A stretch of 63,203 nucleotides of DNA, filler included, from Octopus bimaculoides (Eukaryota): the NCBI RefSeq assembly GCF_001194135.2. It is 6 parts of 4 records of this genome, joined end to end, with 100 filler letters (N's around TTAATTAATTAA, not from the genome) between each part and the next. Parts side by side here need not be neighbours in the genome. Positions count along the whole stretch, not along the records: positions 1 to 29,216 come from NC_068988.1; 5 more parts are not named here. One strand, written 5' to 3'. The notes under the pieces are model-generated. The model was not told the origin of the DNA. It saw only the letters and a program-made list of their open reading frames with translations, and made no database searches. Below are positions 14,048 to 27,536 of this stretch, one piece after another. Every line of letters starts with the position of its first letter. Position 1 is the first letter of the stretch. The position numbers were made by a program, and so were the translations under genes.

Positions 14048-16317
14048 ATATATACATATATATATATCTATATATATATATATATATACATACATATATA
14101 TAAATGTATATATGTATGTATACACACACACACATACACATAACATATGTGTGTATGCGCACATACACACACACACACAGATATATATGTAATAATGCAT
14201 ATAAAATATATATGTAAATAAATAAACCATATATTCATATATGTTTTCGAGTGTCTGTGAGCGTGTACAAAAACAGATAAACAAATACATGTGTATATAG
14301 ATATTGTAAAGAAAAGTAAATCAGAAACACTGACATAAAAAAGTTGATGATAACTAAAGACCGTTGACTAGAGGGCTTCTTTCATAGATATCCAGACCTG
14401 TGTATGGATCTATCATTGATTCATCAAGAGAAATTTGGAGAGATCAAAAGGTTGGACATGTTTCATTGATTAATGGACTAGATATGCATGTATGCATGTA
14501 TGTGTGTATGTATGTATGTATGCATGTATGTGTGTATGTATGTATGTATGTATGTATGCATGTATGTATGTATGTATGTATGTATACATCTATCTATCTA
14601 TCTCTATATCTGTGTATGTGTGTTTGTATGTGTGGGTGTGTTTGTTTGTGTGTGTATGTGTATGTGTGTGTATGAGTACATGCATGTATGTGCAAATAAG
14701 TACCATATATATGTACTGCTATATATNNNNNNNNNNNNNNNNNNNNNNNNNNNNNNNNNNNNNNNNNNNNNNNNNNNNNNNNNNNNNNNNNNNNNNNNNN
14801 NNNNNNNNNNNNNNNNNNNNNNNNNNNNNNNNNNNNNNNNNNNNNNNNNNNNNNNNNNNNNNNNNNNNNNNNNNNNNNNNNNNNNNNNNNNNNNNNNNNN
14901 NNNNNNNNNNNNNNNNNNNNNNNNNNNNNNNNNNNNNNNNNNNNNNNNNNNNNNNNNNNNNNNNNATATATATATATAGATATATATATACACATATACT
15001 TAGATATATCATAGATATATACAGAAAGAGAGAGAGAGAGTGACAGGTGGGAATATATATATATATATAGATATATATATACATATTTGTATGTACATAT
15101 ATACATATATACATCTACATGTATATATACACACGAACACATATATATTTATATATACATATATATATATATATAGGAGTTTGTGAATGCATTGATGTGT
15201 TTGTAAATATCGCATATGTACATGGTCGATTTTGTATGTGTGTCTGTTTATATGAAAGAAGTAAAATAATTCTGAAGCTAACTTTGCAATGCATGAAGAA
15301 GATCAGTAAGTAGGTAGGAAGAAAAACAAATCAAAAGCTTACTGGAAAACAAACAAACATTATACATACACAAATGCACTAGATGCTTCTAATGTAGATA
15401 ATGCAGAAAAAGAAAAGCATGAAGGATAAAAAAAAATCACGATTGAGGAAGGTTTTGTTTCTTATCATTCAAAATACAGTTCCTGCAGTCACCCAGTATT
15501 TCTATAACCAAACTAAAATGATAATAGCTAATAATCATAATAATAATTTCTTTAGTTGCCATAAGGCCAACAGTGCTGTAGATATTAATATATAATGATG
15601 TATGAAACAACAAAACCTGTGTTCATAAGTGTGTATATAGACGTGTGTATATGTGTGTGTATATGTGTGTGTGTATGCATGTGCACATTTATATTTACAA
15701 ATACACAAATATATACATTTGTGTATAAAGATATACATACATATGGATATAGTTACATAAACACACACAAATATATATATATATATACATACATATACGT
15801 TTATATATCATCATCATCTTCATCATTTTATATTTTCTTTACATGCTTACATGCTAGCGTAAGTTGCATAGCTTACTCCAGTCAGACTTGGTCCATATTG
15901 AAAGGAACTGCTTACCTAAATGGGTCAGAGAACCATGTTTCACTCCTTTGTTCCATTTCTTGTTTGGTTTCTCTGGCTGGATACCCATCCTAAAACCTAT
16001 GACTTTCCACTGTGTACTGAGTTCATTGCCATGGTTCTGGCACAATGGAGATTGTCATGTTCTTGATATGACTGAAATGCTGTTGCGACCCCATGTTTCG
16101 GCTCGCTTGCCAATATTGGTCTAATATAATTTCCTTCAACACAGCCCAAAGTGATAAAAGTGATGATAAAGAGAATAGAAAATAGACAAGTCCTGTACCA
16201 AAGGACAGCATAAATGATACTTGAGTGAGTGATAAAGATAAAGACAACAGGCAAGTGAGTGGTAGGAAGATGAGAGGGTTACTATGTTTGGTCTAAGCAA
16301 CAATGGCAGACTAAGCA

Positions 16318-16645
16318 TTGTTGTTGCTGGCACTCCGTCGCTTACAACGTCGTTGAGGGTTCCAGTTGATCCGATCAACAGAACAGCCTGCTCGTGAAAT
16401 TAACGTGCAAGTGGCTGAGCACTCCACAGACACGTGTACCCTTAACGTAGTTCTCGGGGATATTCAGCGTGACACAGTGTGACAAGGCTGACCCTTTGAA
16501 TTACAGGCACAACAGAAAGAGGAAAGTAAGAGTGAGAGAAAGTTGTGGTGAAAGAGTACAGCAGGGTTCGCCACCATCCCCTGCCAGAGCCTCGTGGAGC
16601 TTTAGGTGTTTTTGCTCAATAAACACTCACAACAACCGGTCTGTG
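16318..16645 (-). mobile_element. SINE family A copy (5'-truncated)
   Basis: Reverse complement of the 34880-35352 body and tail. Confidence 0.85.
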
Positions 16646-18844
16646 TGTTACCTTGTTGCTCTACTCAAGAAGGAGCACCAGAAAGTTGGTCATTAGTCAT
16701 TTTCAGGATGGAGCTGACTTTGAGAGTTATCCACAGTGTTTGAGTGTTGCAGCCATCAAGCCACTTGGCTATGGACCATGTAAGGGTTCATGTTTCAACC
16801 CATAAAGAAGGTTTGTCTCATTAACTGCCATGAAGGTCCTGTATCTAAGCTTCAGGAAGAGGTTGGGGAGCCCAGATGTTCTTCATTTAAATTAAGTATT
16901 TCCTCAGCATGGTCTCAACACACCTTGATGTTCCCCTCTAAGCTCACTATGAATGATTTAGTAGCTTGCCACCTGACCTCTATGTCAAACTATTTTATAA
17001 TTATTTATTTTCAGTAACACACACATGCACACGCACGCCCACATATTAAATAAGCAAACAAAAATTGTAAATCTTTAATGAGTTTACTATTTCTATGACA
17101 TTGGTGACATTCTGACAGAATGGCACATACCCTGAAATGTTTGGCTATGTTTAATTACCATATTAACATTTTAAACCACTTTTTTATTTATTTGCTAGTA
17201 AACATCTAGACAAAACAAAAAAAAAAAAATTAAACATAACAAAAAAAATTTCTTTATGGACAATTAACTTTTTACGCTTCGGATGGTTATTCGTACACTG
17301 GTCAACAACAACAGCAACAACAGTTGGAGCAATAATAATAAATCACAACTAACAAACAAGAATTGAAAAAAATGTATAGAAACACTTCAAGAACAAAATA
17401 TCTTACCTACCCCTCTTCAAAAATTAGATAAAAAAGAAGGAAAAAATATACTGAAAAATTGCCTTTTTTTAATGGACAATAGGAGACAATATATATTGGC
17501 AAATATCACTACTACTACAATTACTAGTCCCAACACTACTACTTTGATAAATAATAATAATAATTATTATTATTATATTATTAATGATAAAGAAGAAAAT
17601 CAAGCAATGGTACAAGGCCATGAATTTTATAAAGTATAAACAACAAAGTAATAAGCACTTCTAATATCAGAACGAGGCCAGAAATTTGGGATCAGGGGAC
17701 AGTCAATAACAATGAATCCCAATGCCTGACTGGTAGAATCATTAACACCCTGGGCAAAAGGCATCTCATTTGTCTCTATGTTCTGAGTTCAAATTCTGCC
17801 AAAGTCAACTTTGCCTTTTATCCATTCCTGGGTCGATGAAATAAATACCAGGTGAGTACTGGTGAGGATGTAAGTAATTTAACCTCTCCCCGCGAACTTG
17901 CTGACCTTGTACCAACATTTGAAACCAATATATAAGAAAATACAATATGTAATCTAACCTTAATAACGGTGGATGTAAAAGAAAGGCTGATAAGAAAAAT
18001 TTTGTTTGTTAAAAAATAAGAGATAATAAAAGAGTGTAAACAGCTATAAAAACAAGAAGAGATTACAAGGAAACAAGGTAAAGCTGTATCAACTTCATGT
18101 ATGCAACAAACAAAGAATAGAAGCAATATTATGATTTATAAGGTGGTGAGGTGGCAGAAACATTAGCATGTTCTGCGAAATGCTGAGCAATATTCCATCT
18201 GTCTTTACGTTCTGAGTTCAAATTCCACCGAGGCTGACTTTGCCTTTCATCCTTTCAGGTACTTAATTTATCAACACCAAAAGGATGAAAGGCAAAGCTG
18301 ACCTCAGCAGAATTTGAACTCAGAACATAAAAACAGACTAAATTACCACTATGCATTTTGCCCCACGTGCTAACATCTCTGCCAGCTCACTGCCTTGCTG
18401 TGGCTACAAATATTGACTGCTGATATTACGCAAGATTAATAGAGAGAAGAAAGAATTTTAAAAAAATTTTCATTGAGGAAAGAAAACTAATAACAAGGAT
18501 TGCTAAGTGTCAAAAGATAACTTAAAAGTAAATGATATAGATATTTATGGTTTCCATGAATCTGATTTCAAAGAAATAATTTATCATAAATTTATTTATC
18601 TGAGCCAAGTGTTGGTAATAGAAATCAGGAGGAAGTCAAAAGGTTGAAGAATATGAAGAATAAATGACGCAATATTTATGAATTTGAAAAGTTCATGTAT
18701 TTAATAATTGTTATCAACCTTAATAATAGATATATGTAGGTTAATTGAAACTTTGATAAAGAGAAAGATAAGAAAATAAAAAAAAAATGTTATTCAAATG
18801 ACACTGGATAAATATTTATCAAAAGAAAAGAAATTGTTATTTAT

Positions 18845-19253
18845 TTCTTTATTCTTTTACATGTTTCAGTCATTTGGCTGTGGCCATGCTGGAGCACCTC
18901 ATTTAGCCAAACAAATTGACCCCAGGGTTTATTATTTGTAAGCCTAGTACTTATCCTATCGGTCTCTTTTTTTTTTTGCCAAACTGCTAAATGACGGGGA
19001 TATAACACACCAACATCGATTGTCAAGCAATGGTGGGGGTCAAACAAACACAAATAACAATTATATACATACATATTATATATATATATACGATGGGTTT
19101 CTTTCGGTTTCCATCTACCAAATCGACTCACAAGGCTTTGGCTGGCCCAAGGCTACAATAGAAGACATTTGCCCAAGGTGCCACGCAGTGGGACTAAACC
19201 CGGAACCATGTGGTTGGGAAGAAAGCTTCTTACCACACAGCCACTCTTGCACC
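18845..19253 (-). mobile_element. SINE family B copy
   Basis: Reverse complement of 19478-19893. Confidence 0.85.
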
Positions 19254-19477
19254 TATTTGTTCATTTGTTTAGCATTTCTTTTTTTATGCTAGCATGTCTT
19301 GCATGGTAGATAACTGAGACACATTATTATGGCCAGTTGCTCTTCTTGCAATCAAAGCTCTTTCATTCACCAAAACTTATTTTAAACATGTTTTTTGTTC
19401 TCTTTTTCTTTTATACACAACAATAAAGAATAATAGTACATTTCTAACATTTACAAGCTGGAAGAATCATTGACATA

Positions 19478-19893
19478 GGCACAGGAGGGCTGTGTGGTAA
19501 GTAGCTTGCTTTCCAACCATGAGGTTCCAGGTTCAGTCCTACTGCATGGCAACTTGGGCAAGTGTCTTCTACTATGGCCTCGGGCTGACCAACGCTTTGT
19601 GAGTGGATTTGGTAGGTGGAAACTGAAAGAAGCCCATCGTATATATGTATATATATGTATATATGTATGTGTGTTTGTGTGTCTGTGTTTACGTCCCCCC
19701 ACCATCGCTTGACAACCGATGCTGGTGTGTTTACGTCCCCGTAACTTAGCGGTTTGGCAAAAAGAGACTAATAGAATAAGTACTAGGCTTCCAAAGAATA
19801 AGTCCTGGGGTCAATTTGCTCGACTAAAGGTGGTGTTCCAGCATGGCCGCAGTCAAATGACTGAAGCAAGTAAAAGAGTAAAGAGTAAAAGAG
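19478..19893 (+). mobile_element. tRNA-derived SINE family B (CORE-like), full length
   Basis: ggcacaggagggctgtgtggtaag..ggttcagtcc..ttgggcaagtgtcttctactat..internal (TA/TG)n..ccagcatggccgcagtcaaatgactgaa..(aaagagt)n tail. Other copies: 8455-8869 (-), 9740-9949 (-), 18845-19253 (-), 20963-21130 (+), 22362-22555 (+), 26195-26572 (-), 26601-27030 (+), 32150-32312 (-), 61000-61263 (-), 62395-62606 (+). Confidence 0.85.
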
Positions 19894-21146
19894 TATATAA
19901 GAATGCAACTACTTATTTTGAAAGTTCTTAAATCAGTTATTATATTTCTTATACATTACTCTATTCAATTAGCACAGCATTTACTCAGAATGAGCTAACT
20001 GTACTAATTAAGGTTTTGCTCTATGTGTATTTCTGACTAAGTATCTATCCTTTTGCATATGTTTGCATCAAGTTGTGTCTCTTTGAAGTCCAAAGGTAAC
20101 TTACACATTCAGTCAATAGAAATCAGTGGGGTAAGTACTAGGGCTGAATGAATTGCTGAAATACCTTGAACATGGCGCCTGAGCACAGCCACAATCCACT
20201 AGCTGGAAACAGTACAGATTAAAAGAATAAAGGGGAAAATGTAACTAAAACTAGATTATCCAGTCTTATCTGTTCTTGAAGATTATAGAATGTGGTCTTA
20301 AGAAGTTTTAATTGTAAATTCTTTGCAGATCAAGTGCCTGCTCACATGTTCTCATATTGTCTTGACATTTGTGTTATTATTCTGAACAATTACAAATTGA
20401 ATAGCATTCAATTTATTTGAAAAAAATATCGAAATTAAAAAAATTATGCTAAAACTTTTCTTTTGATTAACCTCTTAATTATTTCTGAGAACTTCTTAAA
20501 AAAATCATTACTAGATACTGATAAAAATATGTTATGGACAAACATGCTTGAGAAATGCTAGCAAAAATCTACTGAAACTCTTAACCAATAATTGCAATAA
20601 AATTTCTCTCCATTTTGCTTTGAAGTGAAAAAAAAAAAGTTAAAAGAAGGAAAAAAAACAATAGCATCAAAAGTTCTGTTTACAGAAATGACATTTTGTG
20701 ACAATAGAATTGAATTCATTTTTTTTTTTTTTTCATTCCTTGCACTTGAAATCTGCTTTGCATATCCATAAAACGGATATGCAACCAATAATAGAATAAT
20801 AATAATAATAATAATAATAATCCTTTCTACTGGAGCACTGGTTCTCAACCAGGGGCCATATGGAGCCTGGGGTTCCAGATAAGATTTTGTTAATAAAATT
20901 CATGTCCAATAAACTGGTTATAATACTACAATACACAATATATGTTAACATTTTTTTTTATGCCACAGGAGTGACTGTGTGGTAAGAAGCTTGCTTCCCA
21001 GCCACATGGTTTCGGGGTTCAGTCCTATTGTGTGGCACCCTGGGAAAGTGTCTTCCACTATAGCTTTGGGTTGACCAAAGCCTTGTGAGTGGATTTGGTA
21101 GATGGGAACTGAAAGAATCCCATTGTATACATATATATATATATAT

Positions 21147-22189
21147 AAAAATTATTAATGAGGGTAGAAATTGATATTGATCAATTAAAACCAGTGGTCT
21201 AGCATATTAAAAAATCCGAAGATTAAAATTATATTACATACAAGAATAAGAGGAATGACCAGCAAATGTGGATTCCTGAATGCTAGAAATAGATGCCAAA
21301 TCATCCAACCACGAAAAAGTATGTTCTCAGTAGAAAAAATCAGTGACACAACAGACTGTAAATGAGTAAAACAAATGAAAAAATACTAAAAACGATTAAT
21401 TTACGTACCATGGTTTCACCTGTTAACATTTACATAAGTAAATATCTGCGGGATCATCAGCGTAAATCTGTCTCTTTTTAGGATGTAACACACCGAGCTA
21501 GACACAAGCCATCCACCCGTAGGTGAACACGTGTAGAGCTCCGTGAATTACACTCAGTGTATCTNNNNNNNNNNNNNNNNNNNNNNNNNNNNNAACAAAT
21601 GAAAAAATACTAAAAACGATTAATTTACGTACCATGGTTTCACCTGTTAACATTTACATAAGTAAATATCTGCGGGATCATCAGCGTAAATCTGTCTCTT
21701 TTTAGGATGTAACACACCGAGCTAGACACAAGCCATCCACCCGTAGGTGAACACGTGTAGAGCTCCGTGAATTACACTCAGTGTATCTTTCAAAAGTCTT
21801 CAAATCTGGCGCACTAAGTCCGGAAAATAATTCTGCAGTTAATGAATTTCAGCAGTTCGGGTCCGCGCTGCTTTAGTAGTACCGACATTTGAAAGGATAC
21901 ACTGAGTGTAATTCACGGAGCTCTACACATGTTCACCTATGGGTGGATGGCTTGTGTCTAGCTTGGTGTGTTACATCCTAAAAAGAGACAGATTTACGCT
22001 GATGATCCCGCAGATATTTACTTATGTAAATGTTAACAGGTGAAACCATGGTACGTAAATTAATCGTTTTTAGTATTTTTTCATTTGTTTTACTCATTTN
22101 NNNNNNNNNNNNNNNNNNNNNNNNNNNNNNNNNNNNNNNNNNNNNNNNNNNNNNNNNNNNNNNNNNNNNNNNNNNNNNNNNNNNNNNNN
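21147..22189. mobile_element. Foldback/long-TIR palindromic element between (TA)n tracts
   Basis: Left arm (21360-21564, repeated after a gap at 21594-21794) is the reverse complement of 21888-22099 (~210 bp, 3 substitutions and 1 indel) around a 93-bp spacer. Right end lost in gap; (TA)n on both outer sides. Confidence 0.7.
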
Positions 22190-22729
22190 ATATATATATA
22201 TATAAATGCATACGAGTGAGTGAACAAATGAAAGAAGGGCACTCAACCAATTTCTTGAGAGTTACATGTATGGATCAAGACAGCTTGAATTTCTTTTTTT
22301 TTTGGTACTCTTGAAAATCAAGTGTACAAGTGAATTTGAATCAATCTGTTTTGATCCATATGTGTGTGTGTGTGTTTGTCCCCTCACCCTTACTTGACAA
22401 CATCCCTGTAACTTAGTGGTTTGGCAAAAGAGGCTGATAGAATAAGTACTAGGCTTACAAAGAATAAGTCCTGGGGTTGATTTGTTTGACTAAAAGTAGT
22501 GCTCCAGCATCGCCAAAGTCAAATGACTGAAACAAATAAAAGAATAAAAGAATAAATTCCTAATAATATTTGATTATAGAAATATAACAGAATTTTCAAC
22601 ATCGAATAGCTATGAGGATGCATCTCACTATAATCGGAATCAAAAGGGTCTTTAGGTAAAAATGGCTGTGAAACACTGTACTTGAAGCACAAAGCCAGCA
22701 GTTTTAGAGACTGGAGGTCTAGTCAATTA

Positions 22730-22763
<34 letters not shown>

Positions 22764-23100
22764 GTTTAACGTCTGATTTCCATGCTAGCATGGGTTGGAT
22801 GATTTGACTGAGGACTGGTGGACAAGATGGCTACACCAGGCTCCAATCTGAGTTGGCAGTTTCAACAGCTGGATGCCCTTCCTAACGCTAACCACTCAGA
22901 GAGTGTAGTGGGTGCTTTTACATACCACTGGCACGAAGGCCAGTCAGGCGGTACTGGCAATGGCCACGCTCGAAATGGTGTATTTTATGTGCCACCTGCA
23001 CAGGAGCCAGTCCAGTGGCACTGGCAACGATCTCGCTTGAATGTCTTTTCATGTGCCACTGGCACAAGTGCCATTAAGGCGATGTTGGTAACAATCACGC
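22730..23100 (-). mobile_element. RTE-LINE 3' end fragment with (GAT)n tail
   Basis: (CAT)n-cgtttaacgtctgatttccatgctagcatgggttgg...ggctccaatctg...ggatgcccttcctaacgctaacc; same family as the 3' end of the LINE at 10416-10530. Further copies at ~4930-5050 (+), 11976-12400 (-), 15810-16000 (-, old), 23220-23500 (-), 25600-25870 (+), 28410-28700 (-). Confidence 0.6.
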
Positions 23101-23662
23101 TCAAATGGTGCTATGACTCCCTCTTGATTTACTATCTGGATGACAATACCGTACCCACTCTCACCAGATATTTTGATCATCATTATGATCACCATCATTG
23201 TCATCATCATGATCATCAACCTTGTCATCATCATCATTTATCATCCATTTTCCACGCAGGCATGGTTCAGATGGTTTTGACTGGAGATGGCAAGAGAGAG
23301 AGAGAGAGAGAGCTGCATCTGGCTCCAATCTGTTTTGGCTTGGTTTCTATGGCTGGATGCCCTTCCTAATGCCAACTACTCCTCAGAGTGTCCTGGGTAC
23401 TTTTACATGTTACCAGCATGGGTATCTTTCATGTGTCACCATCCTGGGTGCATTTTACATATCACCAGCACAGTTAACAATTGCACGACACCAACATTAG
23501 GTGACACCCATGCTTTCACTTAGCTTGACATGTTGAACCTACAATTTTCCCATTCTACACACACACATATATGTATATACACTCGCATAAATGCATATAT
23601 TCACATGTACACACACACACACAAGTACATTCACACAACATTTTTCATTACTACTACTAATG

Positions 23663-23707
<45 letters not shown>

Positions 23708-24008
23708 GCAATAATAATAATAACATTTATATATCATGAGTGAACCTAGCAAAAAAGTAGATGAGACTATATTTGTATGTGGTTGCATATACACATACGT
23801 ATATACTTACACACACACACACATACACGCACACACATACACGCACACACACACATAGATATCTATGTATATATGTATATATTTATACGCACATACACGC
23901 ATATATATGCATACATATCTATGTATATATGCAAAAATAAACATACGGTTTGTGTACACTCTCACAAACCATATGTCAACATTCATACACACTCATGCAT
24001 ACATGCAG

Positions 24009-24045
<37 letters not shown>

Positions 24046-24382
24046 AATGGCCATAACCTCTGATATATGAGATATGATGATGTATGATTCACCATAACTG
24101 GTTGTTTAAAGATATATCTTTTACAAGTTTGGAAAAAAAAAATAGAATTTTTTATTTTATTTTGCNNNNNNNNNNNNNNNNNNNNNNNNNNNNNNNNNNN
24201 NNNNNNNNNNNNNNNNNNNNNNNNNNNNNNNNNNNNNNNNNNNNNNNNNNNNNNNNNNNNNNNNNNNNNNNNNNNNNNNNNNNNNNNNNNNNNNNNNNNN
24301 NNNNNNNNNNNNNNNNNNNNNNNNNNNNNNNNNNNNNNNNNNNNNNNNNNNNNNNNNNNNNNNNNNNNNNTATTAATATTGC

Positions 24383-24433
<51 letters not shown>

Positions 24434-24672
24434 TAATAATAATAATAATAATAATAATAATTTTTAACATAGATATAAGGCATGAAAAGTTTTAGAGAGG
24501 AGGATATAGTTGATTATATCTACCCGACTACTTGACTGATATATATATTTTATCGACCCAGAAAAGATGAAAGGCAAAATTGATCTTGGTAAGTTTTGAA
24601 ATCAGTATGCAAAGCAAATATCACAAAGCCTTTCGTCTGATGCTTTACAAGTCCTGCCATTTATTATTCACG

Positions 24673-24718
<46 letters not shown>

Positions 24719-24721
24719 AGT

Positions 24722-25282
24722 AAGACCCTGATGTAATACCAAGCTGTGGTTTTTATGGCTTCTGATCTTAACTGATTGGAAGTGTTAACATGTACATATT
24801 TTGTTTTGGAGTAAAAGACAGGCTACAGCAAATATTCTGCTCAATAATGCAGATTTGTTTGTCAGCTGCTTGATCTCAACCAGTTGAGCATGTCCCTTGG
24901 TGGCTGATGATATGTGCATCTCAGACCACAAGCAGGAGTAGTGGTGGAGCATCATAGCCCTATATTGAGAGAAATTCTTTGGGGGTTTGAATAATTCACT
25001 CCTGGAATCGTGAGTGTTTTGTTCATCATCCTCAAACGTCTTTTATTTAGGAACCTTTTGAGTGGGATGGGCTACTTGACCTGAAGAAAATTCTAACTGG
25101 GCTTCACCTGCTAGGTCATGTACTATTTATCTTGATATGAAGTCACCGTGTTGAACACACATGGTTGTGATGCATGTACCTGGTATGTCCTTATCAGACA
25201 GGTAGTCCTGATGGGTATATTGGGCTTTGTATATTTGTAACCCAGCATCACTTTGATGGCTTGCGCCACCCTCTCACATGGT
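24722..25282. repeat. ~560-bp interspersed repeat bracketed by (GAT)n and (TAA)n
   Basis: Non-coding, GC-richer block (ccagttgagcatgtccctt, cctgaagaaaattctaactggg) between microsatellites; recognised as a recurrent octopus repeat, class uncertain. Confidence 0.45.
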
Positions 25283-26194
25283 AATAATAATAAAAATAAT
25301 TATAATTTCTCACGTAGGTACAAAGTCAGAAATATGGTGAGTAGGAAGGATTACATTGTTTGCCACCACTATATGACTGCTACTTCATTCTATCAACCCT
25401 TCAGTTCCAGGTGCCCCATTCAGTTTGAAGTACTGAGCTTTAATTGTGGAGGGAACCTGTGGAAGGAGTAAACCCCGGAAGAAGTGGGACAAAGTGGTGA
25501 GAAAGGATCTTCAGATACTGAGCCTCACTAAAGAAAAGATAAGGGATAAGGAGTGGTGATTTGCTGTAATTAAGACTGGTCAATTTAAGTTAAATTACTG
25601 TCATCTATACATATAGGCTTGTCTTTACAGATGCCAGTTCCTCATAAAAGGCACTTGTGTCAGAGCTGTGAAACTGCACCCACGTTGGTGGCACATAAAA
25701 AGAATCCAGCACACTCTATAAAGCAGTTGGCATTAAGAAGGGTATCCAGTTCTAGAAACCATGTCACAACAGACAATTTGGAGTCTGGACAGCTCTCCTG
25801 CTGGCCAACTCCAGGTCAAAACTGTCCAACCCAGGCCAGCTTTGAAAACAGACAGTAAATGATGATGGTGTTGGTTGTGGGGTGGGGAGAGAAGGATTAA
25901 AGTCAAAGTTCACCATGACAGAGTGTAAGGCCAGAAGGAACACTGAAAGGCATTTTACCTGATGTTCTATCATATCTGCCAATTCACTGCCATTGCCCTT
26001 TGAATAATGAGAAAAATTCTCAGAAGAATATGAGGCCACAACAGTTGGCTACAGTCCTTCCTTGTCAGTTTATATTATTATCAAGTCTGAAATGATGGAA
26101 GAAAAAGTTTCTCATGTTGAGATTTGAACTTAAAATATTAATGGGTATTATGTCAGTCATTGTACTGAATGTTCCATCATCTGCTATCTTTTTA

Positions 26195-26359
26195 TCTTTT
26201 ACTGGTTTCAGTCATTAAACTGTGGCCCCAATGCTTATTTTTTTAAAGCCTGGTACTATGAGTCGATTTTGACAAACCACTGAGTTGCAGGGACGTAAAT
26301 AAACCAGCACCAGTTGACTGGTGGTGGTGGTGGTGAGTGACAGAGACATATGCACACGT

Positions 26360-26399
<40 letters not shown>

Positions 26400-26756
26400 A
26401 CACTCACACATATAACTGGCTTCTTTCAGTTTCCATCTACCAACTCCACTCCCAAGGCTTTGGTCAACCCAAGGTTATAGTAGAAGACACTTGTCCAAGG
26501 TTCTACACAGTGGGACTGAACCCAGAACCATGTGGTTGGAAGCAGACTTGTTACCACACAGCCACACTAGCACCATGGAAATAATAATAATCAACATAAA
26601 CGCAGGAGTGGCTGTCTGGTAAGTAGCTTCCTTATCAACCACATGCTTCCGGGTTCAATCCCATTATTGCGCCTTGGGCAAGTGTCTTCTACTATAGCCT
26701 CAAGCCAACCAACGCCCTGTGAGTAGATTTGGTCAATGGAAACTGAAAGAAGCCCG

Positions 26757-26809
<53 letters not shown>

Positions 26810-27030
26810 CATGTATTTGTTGTCTGTCTTTGTACCCCCCTCCCCACCATCACTTGACAACCAATGTTGGTGTGTTTACATCCCCGTAACTTAGTGGTTC
26901 AGCAAAAGAGATTAATTAATACAGTAAGTACTAGGCTTGCAAAAAGAATAAGTCCTGGGGTCGATTTGTTCGACTAAAGGTGGTGCTCCAGCATGGCCAC
27001 AGTCAAATGTCTGAAACAAGTAAAAGAATA
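26195..27030. mobile_element. Head-to-head pair of SINE family B copies
   Basis: 26195-26572 (-) and 26601-27030 (+), separated by ~30 bp. Confidence 0.85.
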
Positions 27031-27497
27031 CAAGACTAAACAGACCGTATACTTAGGTACATATATCCTTACTAATGTAGGTAAAAGATCTACAAGAATG
27101 AAGTGTGTTGGTAAGTGGGCTCCATTGCTTGAGTGGTTACCTTATTTTATGAATCCTTAGTGGACGAAAAGCAAAGGTGACCTATGTCGGATTGGAACTC
27201 AGAATGTAAGGCACTGGAACAAATGCTATCAGGCAATGTTTTTTTCTTTCTGATGCTGTAATGACTCTACTAGCTCACACTACACACACACACTACACAC
27301 ACACACACACACACATAAGCACACATACACACACACACATAAGCACACATACACACACACACACACATACGCACAAACACACACACACACAGAGTCACAT
27401 GCATGAATGAGAGATTAAAATCTGTTGGGGTTTTATTGTTTGGACTTCTGTATGATGTAGTAGGAATAACAAAATTTGTTGAAATATGTGTGCATGT

Positions 27498-27536
<39 letters not shown>

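Noticed and set aside
15864-16254. Protein-like overlapping ORFs
   Set aside because: The left part is an old copy of the LINE 3' tail repeat; frames close quickly and show no recognisable homology.
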